Below, piece by piece: positions 48,870-59,101 of a DNA stretch of 64,000 nt. The position numbers and the translations under genes are program-made. The DNA comes from Macrostomum lignano. Lineage: Eukaryota. The stretch is taken from NCBI GenBank assembly GCA_002269645.1, contig NIVC01001522.1:124001-188000 (forward strand), read 5' to 3'. The notes beneath the pieces were generated by a model. The model had not been told where the DNA came from and ran no database searches. It worked only from the letters and a program-made list of their open reading frames with translations. Numbering within the stretch: the first letter of the stretch is position 1; each line of letters begins with the position of its first letter.

Positions 48870-49901
48870 CAGGGGTCGGCAAACTTTTTTCAGTGCGGGC
48901 CGGATTGGACGACTGGCTGAGGTGGCGGGCCAAAAAAATGCACAACAAATTGAGGCTATAAATGACAATTTGGTATCCTATAGAATCGTTTGTTAAATTA
49001 TTTTTTCGCTTGAATTTAATTCATTTCTAATTTTAGAGTAAAAATGTAAACAAGTGAACGATCCAACAGTTTAACATGTACTGGCAGCTAAATTGTTTGT
49101 TATAGTTAATTGCCAAATCACGACACGAGGGTACTACTGAAAGTTAAACAGTGACACAATCCAACTTGAGGCCACTGGTCATCCAGATCCAGCCATCCAG
49201 AGAGTAATAGTCCAAAATCAGCAAAGTAAGCAGTGGCTTGACTTGAATCCCAGTATGGCAGCTCGGTAGCTAATTTTTCAATCTCAAATGCATCTCCCTT
49301 TAAAAGTCCCCCAGCTCCGCACTGTCACCGACTTTGACCATAGACATATTAATGCTTTGTGCGCGCAAAACTGATACTATTTTAAGAATTCCTGACATCA
49401 ACGCACAAATTCAAAAATTGTGGAAAAATGTGTCCCGGATAAAATTACCCAGTGACACTATTACCCCTATTACCCAACGTTAAAGTAGTACCCTCGTGTC
49501 GTGATGTGGCAATTGACTATAACAAACAATTTAGCTGCCACTACATTTAATTGTAAACTGTTAGATTGTTCACTTGTTTCATATTTTTGGACTCTAAAAA
49601 TAGAAAGAAATCGAATTCAAACAAAAATTAATTTAACGAACGATTCTACGAGTACTAAAGGATAGCCGACAATTTTATATGATAGACCAAATGCCACCAA
49701 CAACACGACAATTGAAATTGACAGTGTATTGTGATAGGAATGCCGAGGTGAAAGCTAATTTTGCTTGAAAAGTTGAATGTTTCAACACAAAATTGGTTCG
49801 CGGGCCACTTTTACATTGTCAGATAGTAAGAGTGCTGCGGGCCGGACTTGAAGATGACGCGGGCCGGATCTGGCCCGCGGGCCGCAGTTTGCCGACCCCT
49901 G
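48870..49901. mobile_element. hAT (Charlie-type) MITE, 1032 bp
   Basis: Perfect 15-bp TIRs CAGGGGTCGGCAAAC / GTTTGCCGACCCCTG. 8-bp TSD GAGTAGAT at 48862-69 and 49902-09. Confidence 0.93.
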
Positions 49902-50120
49902 GAGTAGATTGAAGTATATTAAAAAATTCCTCTTTTCTAGGAATTTCTAATGGCTAGTAACGGAGGACCAGAGCACCGGAGTACCAGACTACATAAAAAG
50001 GCCTCCGTTACCGTTACTCCGTTACCCAGTTGAAAAAGTACCTCAAAAAAGTAACGCTTTAGGAAAAAGTAAATTGTGGTACTTTCAAAAGTTACTGAGT
50101 ACCGGAAGTGCCCAGCACTG

Positions 50121-53100
50121 CTAGCCATAGAGTCTCGGTGCAGACATTGGCCCTGTTGGCCCATCCATGATTCAGCTCAAGCAGCGAATAGGCGATTGCA
50201 CGCTGCCAGGCAGCGACAGCGTGAGCAATTGAAATATGCTGCAAGGCCTGGATCGTGGGGCGCAGGTCTTCTTGTACCAGAAAGGGGTGGCCATCCAGAC
50301 GGAATTGTCCTACATGCACCAGATAGCACTGTAGATTGGCTACCAGATGGCGATACTTGCTGCGACTTGGTTTGGTCATTGCAGCAATGAGTTTGCTGTA
50401 CGCGCCGCCGATTTCTTCAATTGGATTCGATTCAGCTGCTCCCTGCATGAGGGGTGGGGCTTCAATCTTAGCAGCTTGGGGCTGAGCTTTAGATGACGCG
50501 GCCTTGGGAGGTGGCGATGACTGTCATATTGGGGATCTCGGCTGTCAGTCAGGGTTCCGTTGTGGCGAATCCGGGGTGGACTGCGCAGTCTCAGACGGAA
50601 TTTTGCGTTCTTCTTGGGAATCTCACTCAGCGGCAGTGTGATGGTGGGCTTACTGCCTTTAGGCTGGCGCTGAGCTATAGCTGGAGAAACAGGAATCGGA
50701 GCTTCGGCCTACTGTCTCATTAAGTGGATTCGATTGCCAGATACCGGCGAGGATGGAGGGCGCACGACTACAGATAAGGGTCGTGGCTTAGCGGTGAGAG
50801 GTTTGGGCCGGGTCTGTTGACGTTCAGGAACTGGGAGCTCATTCTCAGTGTCACTATCAAATATTTCTCCTTCACTAGGACTGAGGCTTAATTCATCCTG
50901 CAGCCTTTTCAATTCATCTTTATTAGCCATTGGGAGTGATGCAAGGAATTCAAGATAGCTATTGCGGGAGATAACAGTGGGGAGCTAAATTGGTTGTGCA
51001 ATCTCAGTTGAAGTGTTTATTTATCATTCCCTTTGTTCTTGGTTTTTTAGATTCCTCATTTTTGTGACTCATTCGATTTTTTGTCTTATTTAGGCTCTAA
51101 TTTTGGTTTGGATCAATATTTCTAGGGGGTCTTGTACATTGGCATTGCCCGTGGGGAGTTCTTTCTTTGTGTGAAATTTGGGTTCTTTTGTGCAATCGGG
51201 GACGGCGAGGGAAGGGTAGAAAGGTTAAAATTGAAGATTGCGCAATAGACTGAGGGCTGTTATCAAGCACTTTAGATGACAGCCGCATCTGTGTTTGGCT
51301 TGGGTTGGGCGCCTTAGATTGTAGGGGTAGGTGTGCGCGGGCTCGAGATCTAGCGAGGCAGGAGAGCATTCAATGCTTCGCTTTTTGACTCATTGGTTTT
51401 TTCATTTTCTTCCTCTGTCTGGGCTTCATCGTCTGACTGAGCTTCATTGTTTCCTTCTATCTCTTCATTCTCTTCTTTACAATTGGCATCTCATTCTCTT
51501 CTTAATTGGCATCTCCATTTATTTTTCTTCATCAGATGATTTTTCGAATTCAACTGATTCTGGCTTAAATACAACTTCTGAAATCTAGGCTATGACTCGG
51601 AAAGCTGAGCGCTTCTTTCTATGAAACTTGTGAGATTCTTCTGTGTCTAATTGGGGATTGTTAATTAAAGCAAGACAACCTATGGGGACTCTGGGGGGAA
51701 GTTCATTGGTTTCTGCAGTGGTCGTTCTCTTGTCAAGTACTTTTCCAATTTCTTCGTTACTATTTTATGGGCTTCTTCTAGTCTTTCGGCATACTTCGTA
51801 ATATAGGCGGGATAATCGGCATGTTCTGCTGCACTTCTGATCTGGGTATCTAAGGGTAGGGTGGCTTTTCTGCCAAATAATAGAAAATGTGGGGAGAATC
51901 CTGTTGTTACTTTGGGGCTAGTGCAGACTGTTACTAGGGCTGCGGGTATTAATAAATCCCAATCACCGTGATCCTTATTGATCAGGCAGGTGATAATTGA
52001 TTTAACTTGCTTATTGAAACCTTCAACTAGTCCGTTAGATTGGGCATAGGGTAGTAAAGGTGTGGCGAATATTGTAAAGTTCGCAGAAAGCATTAAATTG
52101 TTTGAAAGTTTTTCCGTTGTCAGTATGAATCCAGTTGGGCTGTCCGTATTCTGCTACTATTCGTTCGAGTAGTATTTTAATAACTGTGTCTGATTTTTGA
52201 TTTCTAATAGGGAAAGCGAAGGGGTATCTAGTTGTACTGTCGACTACTGTCAAGACATATTTGTGTCCTCGCTTGCTTTATTTAGAGATTGGGCTGATAG
52301 TATCTTTATGCAGGCGGCTAAATGCTTCGCCTATGGGAAAGGATTGAATTGGGGCTTGTACAAAGTGTCCTTTCTTGCTTTCAAGGCAGGGAATGCACTC
52401 AGCGATTAGTTGCTCAATTGAGGTGCTCAGTCCTGGTTGCGAAAATCTGTCTCTTATTCTCTGAATTGTTTTGTCTTGCCTTAGATGTCCTGCGAGGGGG
52501 CTGCAGTGTAAGTCAGTAAAGACTGCTTTGTCTAGGGATGGGGGCAAAATAACTTTGTTCTTTCCGTCTTCGGATATGGTCAGTAAATTATTGTTGATTC
52601 TCATGGCTTCGAAATGTCTACTCATTTTCTCTGGCACGTCCGGTGTTTTGGGAAATTGGCTCAGTTTCTGATTCTTGGCTTCTAGTAGAGCTCTAATGAT
52701 GGGGTCAGCAGCTTGGGCTTCTACAATCTGTTCTTTCTTTAGGGGGCTGGGGAGATAATCGGTTAGCAACTTTTCACACTTTCCTGTCTCTTCTTCTGCT
52801 TCTTCTATTTCTTCTACTCCTGAGATATTTAGCTTTGTCCAAGATTCGGGACATTCAGGCTGGGTCTCACTTTCTGTCTGCCTAAGCATAAATCTAAGAA
52901 TTGGTCTGCCATGACATTTTCATCGTCAGGTAGTGAGACAAGGTGTGCTATGCTTACCCGCACCGAATGATGCAAATCCGATGGGGAAGCGGCTACTGCT
53001 GAAGGTGAAGCTCAGTTTTCCATGTGCAGTAGTTGAGTTGCCTCTATACTTGGCTTAGCTAATGTAGAAGCTCCATGTGGATAGCTCGCGTATGCGAGCT

Positions 53101-53170
53101 GCTGGCTGCCTGGAACCAATATCAGCCTTGGAATCCATCGTGCCATGATCCGATTGGAGTGCCTGCACAG
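50121..53170 (-). mobile_element. Ty3/Gypsy LTR retrotransposon relic (RNase H end, integrase, downstream ORF fragments)
   Basis: HCSPLAGHLRQDKT...CIPC (integrase Zn finger), LTVVDSTTRYPFAFP, IHTDNG, YAQSNGLVEGFNKQVK, TTGFSPHFLLFGR. Frameshifted; no LTR recognised. Confidence 0.85.
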
Positions 53171-53416
53171 ATAGATAGCATAGTATAAGAATGGATTATA
53201 TATGAGCTAGTTTATCCAGGTGTATAATTATTTCAAAGCCCGAAATGATCTTAAAGTTTAAACTTATATCTTAAAACTTATAATTATGAACAAGTAGACT
53301 TGTTCAAATGTTTTATATTTAGGAAAATATTTACATTGATTTGTATAGCACAAAATTACGACATTAAATGCTTGGCGGCAAAAAAGATAGGGAAATGTAG
53401 AAAATACGCTCGTATG

Positions 53417-54075
53417 TACATTACAATCGCGACTACACATGCAGCTGCTATATAAATTGTAAAATCAAAACATTAGATGCATGGCAGTAAATGATATGAA
53501 AATACGTACATTACAATCGCGACTACACATGCAGCTGCTAAATAAATTGCAAAATCGAAACATTAGATGCATGGCAATAAATGATATGAAAATACGTACA
53601 TTACAATCGCGACTACACATGCAGCTGCTATATAAATTGTAAAATCGAAACATTAGATGCATGGCAGTAAATGATATGAAAAAAGTACATTACAATCGCG
53701 ACTACACATGCGGCTGCTATATAAATTGCAAAATCGAAACATTAGATGTATGGCAGTAAATGATATGAAAATACGTACATTACAATCGCGACTACACATG
53801 CAGCTGCTATATAAATTGTAAAATCGAAACATTAGATGCATGGCATTAAATGATATGAAAATACGTACATTACAATCGCGACTACACATGCAGCTGCTAT
53901 ATAAATTGTAAAATCGAAACATAGATGCATGGCGGTAAATGATATAAAAATACATACATTACAATCGCGACTACACATGCAGCTGCTATATAAATTGTTA
54001 AATCAAAACATTAGATGCATGGCGGTAAAAGATATGAAAATACGTACATTACAATCGCGACTACACAGCTGCTAT
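53417..54075. repeat. 90-bp tandem repeat, ~7 copies
   Basis: TACATTACAATCGCGACTACACATGCAGCTGC recurs at 53417, 53507 and onward. Confidence 0.95.
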
Positions 54076-55079
54076 ATATAAATTGTAAAATAGTTAAATA
54101 GCAAAATATAAAAAAACAGATTCCGTCAATGTTGCTTTCGGCGGGCGCTTATAAAAAGTCACCCGAGTCGTCGTTGACGCTACTTGTCAGCTCTTTTCAG
54201 CTGCTGCTGGGCCAAAACGTCACTGACATCGTTGTCTGGATGTCCATTGTGATTGCCTGCAGCAAAATGCTCACACAACCTTTCCAACAGTTCAAATATT
54301 TTTTCTGCCCATCTTCTAACGCACCAAGCCGTCTTATCATGGACATTGTCTGGGCGTAGAGTTCATCAATGGCAACATCTTCCTGTAGCTGTAAAGGCAG
54401 ATCGACTCGCTCTTCTGCCTGCGTCTGCTGTCGCCGCTGCCCAGCTGATGAACTGCCATTGGGGCTGCTGGCGGTGATGACACCGGAGTCCTGTCGCGCT
54501 TCTGCCTGCGTCTGCTGTCGCCGCTGCCCAGCTGATGAACTGCCGTTGGGGCTGCTGGCGGTGATGACATCGGAGTCCTGTCGCGCTTCTGCCTGCGTCC
54601 GCTGTCGCCGCTGCTCTTTTTCACGGAAGCTGAGGTTGCACATGGTGCTGTCTTCCTCTGAGTCGAGCTGTTTCCGATGGCCTTGACGAAAGCAACTTGG
54701 CAAGTCAGCAGGTGGGGCAGCCAGCTGAGATAAGCGATCACTTTCTACAGCTGATGCTCCAACAACCAAACGCTTTGCAGGCAGTGGAGTCTCAGCATCA
54801 GAATTTGGGACTCCAATGTCAAAAACGGTTTGCTTGCCGCCTGCTGCTTGATCGCGCATTCTGCACACTTTGACCATGGATCTCGCTGATCTTGTTTGCG
54901 AGCACTGAATCGATCGTAGACGGTCTATAATGTTCGAGACGTCAAAGTCGTCGTCCGGTACCACTTGCAGCAATGTAGCATCATACTCAACATCCTGATA
55001 CGTGCTCTTAAGATATACTACAGCGCTTATTGGTAGCTTTTTCCAGTCAACGAGGCTGAAGTTGCAATAGTCGAAGCCT

Positions 55080-56780
55080 TGAAGTCGAAGTTGAAGTCGA
55101 AGCCTTTGGGAAGGAGTTGTTTCTGTGGTCGCTGTTTCTTCTGTTGTGGTTGCAATAGTGGTTATGGTTGTAGTCGTTATGGCTGCGGTAGTCGTTGTAG
55201 TTGCCGGGAAGCGAGTAGATGAATTCGTCGCTGTCGAGGTGGTTAACGTTGGAGTGGTAGTCGTCTTAGTGGTTGGTCTTATTGTGGCCATCTGATCCGA
55301 AGGTAATGAGCGGCTTGAACGTGTTTTGTTAAGGTCATTGGTTTCTGTTGGGTTTGAATCCTCAGTAGGTTTTTGGAGAATCGTTTGTAGGAATTTTTCT
55401 TCGTTCTGCTGTATTTCCACAAAGAGGCCTTGTTCAGTGAGGTACAGCTTCTTTGTTCCCGTAGAGCATTGTAGCGTGTGTTTCGGGAGCCGAACTGAAA
55501 GTTAAAGCCAAAGTTTGCTCGGTGTTAATGAATAAGTTCGCATGTTGTTGACCTTCTAAGGTGCGAAACGGTATGAGTGTACAGTCTGTTTGAGGTGTTA
55601 CTGTCCAGGCGAGGGCCAATTTTCGTTCACCAGTTGCAGTGAGTCTAGAAACTGCGGGCTGTTAGTGGACTCCAGGCATCGGTTAACAGTTGGTGTGGTA
55701 GATTGTAGCATATCATTTGTTCAACTGTAGTGAGTATAGTGCACCCTTTCGATGATTACTGGCAGTGTCGGATCGGAAAAGCCAGTGATTCCATCGGCTC
55801 AGTTGGACTGGCGAATGCTGCGACGTTCGGGATCAGTGTTGATGTCGAAAAAGTTGTTGTTCGGAGTGCGTTGCAGTCGCCGAGTATGTCGCTCAGGGTG
55901 CGTGTGCAGAATAGCTGTTGGTCTGAGACGGTGTTTATTACTTGTAGTTGTCCGTCGGGTGAATTCCGTGAGTCGACCCATTGTGTGCATTCAGCTGGGG
56001 TGACTGTCTTTGGTGTGACTGTTATTCTGGCGTCGCGGAAAGACCGTAGATATTTTCCTATCCGTGAGCAAGCTACGGTAATGTCCTCGCGATAGCAGAC
56101 GTTCATCATTATCCTTGTCTGTGCGATGTTCGATGTGTAGAGCTGGAGCTTTAGTGGAATGGCATGTAATCGTCGTGGGTTAAAGTTTTCGCACTGTATT
56201 TCTGTTGGGATCTTAGATTCGTACTGGACCATTCAGAGGACAGATCATTGGTGTATCTAGATACTGTGGATGGTCGACGAATGTCAGTTTGTCCATGGCA
56301 TTGGCAAGGCCTAAGAAGGTAGAGAGTAGTAGCCAGAAAAGTAGGATGTTCACCGTTGGTGTAGTGAAGTAAGGCGGATGCGTGTTCCTGGATGTCGCCG
56401 TTTCTTAGTTGAGGCTTTGATCGAGCTCGTGGTTGGGGTTGTGGCAGTCGGTGTTGGCCAGTCGTAGCAAGCAATAACTTGGAGGTCTGCGATTTCGGGT
56501 CGTTGGGCCCGTTGTTTCAGTTGACGTTTTAGTTCACGTGAGAGGAGGTGTTGATCTCCTGTGCCGTGGAAGTAGAGCGAAGTGGAGGCTTGTGGTGAAG
56601 GCTCTACTGCAGGGGTCGAAGTGCTGTTTATTGGTGGTTTCTCAGCCTGTTCGGCGAAGGTAACCTGGAGCGCATTGACCGTGGCTTTGGCGCCATGAGC
56701 CGATGGTGAGCGTGACCGGTTTCCTTGATTGTCGCTGCGTCCTGGAGTAGTTGCCGTTGTAACGGCGTTGTTGTGTAGCA
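55080..56780 (-). other. Disrupted Cys-containing env/glycoprotein-like ORF followed by a Thr-rich tract, probably retroelement-derived
   Basis: ORF pieces: ...EDITVAC...KTVTPAECTQWVDSRNSPDGQLQ...LFCTRT...GDC...PIRHC...LQCSTGTKKLYLTEQGLFVEI, then a T-rich mucin-like stretch. The assignment is by pattern resemblance only. Confidence 0.35.
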
Positions 56781-57552
56781 AAATGCAGTCTTCGGCCGTC
56801 GGAGCGTGATTGTTGGAGGAAGCGGCAGTCCTTGTAGTGGCCGTCTCTATAGTGGTCGAGAGATTCTGGAGCTGTTCTATGCATTAGCGAATACGGTGTT
56901 AGTGAAAGCGCACTGGTGGGAAAAACGCATAGAATATTGTTAGAAGAAATGGCGACATTTCACATATAAACGGATCTCATCACCATTTTAAACACAACAG
57001 ACAGCCATGTAGTAGTCACTTCTTCTCAGTCCATGACGTCTACTTCGTCAACTGGGTCATCTCGAACGTCCACGGCCCAATTGGTCACGACAATCTCGGT
57101 TGTGACGCCTTCTTCGTTTACGTATTCGTATGTCTCGTGCTCAACTTCCAAGGCCAGACGAAATTCTTCGTCTTCCTTGGCAAATCGGCGATTGCCTTGT
57201 ATTTTAAAATCGTTGTAAGGCAATATCCAGTAAATGGCAGAGCCATGTAACGCATCGCTAGCTCGTAGTACGCCACATACTCTTACGCCTTTATCCCCAC
57301 ACAGCCCTTCCCCTCTCAGACCAGTCCTATCTACATGTGTATATGTACGAGTATTTGTCCACTGTACATCTCTATGCAACTCCGCCCTGGTCGATGTCCC
57401 TCGCCCTTTGCTACCCTCTACCCACCTATCGACTCCCCCGTTGGTCCGCTTGACCACGCTCAAATAAGTACTAAAAAAATAAAAAAATTAAAAATAAATA
57501 CTAAAAAATTCTCCCCCTTCTCCCTACATGGGCCGTTTAGCCGTTGCTAATT

Positions 57553-58246
57553 TTAGAAAGTGACGAGTTCTTTGAATGTTGGCTTTGACATTTTTGCCTG
57601 AATAACAGCAGGCTCTGATGAGGTAACAAGTTTCAGGTTTGTTCTTTTTCGCTCATTCTCAAGAGTCTTACCATAGACAGAGTTGTTGGTCAACTTCAAG
57701 AGGTTCTTGTCAAAGTCGTTGGTTGCTTTGGTCCTAAACTGGGTGTTCTTATCAATGTAGGGTTTCATCCACGCTTCGTCTGTAAATGTAAGAGCCCTGT
57801 GAACGTTGGTGACCCTGCAACCCAGTGAGATGAAATACTGAAGCAGTTTGTAATGGATTTTGTAACGTGTCTTGTTTAGATTCTGTGTTAGTTTCTCTGT
57901 ATGTTCTCTCTGTTCCTGACAGGTGCCAAAGTTCCATTGGGAGTTTCGATTATTTTCGGGCACTTGATGTTCTCAGGGAAGGGTGGAAAGTCAGAGAAAT
58001 AGTCGTGAAGCTCTGGTGGAATGTAAACATCAACCTCATAAATTCCGGGTATTGAAAAGTCCCATTTCGATTCAGATAGCCATCGCCCACCCGTAGAGAT
58101 TATTAGCGTCCAAGTAAGTAATGTAGTTTAAAGGCTGCTCCTTATTGTAAGATTCAATGTAGGGATTGTTTACTTTTGCATACCTGTTAACGCAAATTGA
58201 GACCCCCTCGCTTTGACGATTTGACAAAATTGTACATGTCAATGTC
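57553..58246 (-). pseudogene. Protein-primed family-B DNA polymerase fragment (Polinton/Maverick or adintovirus type)
   Basis: DIDMYNFV...RGVSIC..RYAKVNN...YLDANNLYGWAM (motif A); YKIHYKLLQYFISLG...WMKPYIDKNT..R...KNLLKLTNNSVYGKTLEN.RKR (motif B). Confidence 0.88.
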
Positions 58247-59101
58247 TGTAAGAAGTCTAAGAAGAAATAACTAAGACGAGAAAGACTAGCACTTCGTGCA
58301 AATTTAGCAGTTCTCGAACAGGAGCGTCCACAGTCAGCAGTCCCTGCCGGGCTAGTGCGGGATTAGATTGATGGTGCTAGCTTCGGGCGATCTAAGCTGG
58401 CCTGCTAATTGATAGCAGGAGCAATCAGAAGCAGGCACACGCAACGTCGGGAGTCTTGGGAGTTCAAACTTAAGCTCAAACTTGGCTCACAAACTTAGAG
58501 ACTATGACTGATATAGAGAGGCAGAAAACGGAAACGCGCGGGGTTGACTGAACCAAGCCATGAGAGGGGCTGCATTTATAGTGCACCATATCACGAAAGA
58601 CCCCCGCTGAGTAACTGTGTTGCTATTTTTAGCAACGATCGAGCGGGTTCTGCCACAGAGGAGGCAGGGGTCCTGGCGCACGTGATGTCCCCATAAACAC
58701 GAGCCCAGCGTACAATCATGAAATCATTGCACTTTGGACTAAAGAAGGAAGAACACCCTGTCATGTGACTGGCTCACATGACAAGGGGGAAAAAGGCCCT
58801 TAAGTGAAGGCACTCGTGACCTCGGGACCGGAAAACAGGACAGCACTCTTAATTTGGAGATGCCAAACAGAGAACGAAACAGAGGCAGGCCAGACCAAGC
58901 TGTCTGGGCACTGCAAAACAAGAACACGAGACAAAAGGGGGCAAACGAGGACAAACAGACAGACAGGCAAACTGGCAAGGGACAGGCCAGAGGACAGGCG
59001 AGAATGGACAGGCAATTGCCCAGCGGCAGACAGAAGCCTGAGGCGAGGGCGAGGGAAACAGGTGACTAGTGCGGCGCCTAACCAAATATCGACTAACTAC
59101 A
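58247..59101 (-). mobile_element. LTR (~855 bp) of a Gypsy element
   Basis: Minus strand begins TGTAG at 59101 and ends TTACA at 58247. Polypurine tract GAACGGGGAGAG at 59113-59102; TATAAA-like box near 58575. The right ~190 bp recur at 62350-62542. Confidence 0.7.

Noticed and set aside
53465-53955. Cys-rich 30-aa repeat ORFs
   Set aside because: They arise from the 90-bp AT-rich tandem repeat and are broken by indels.
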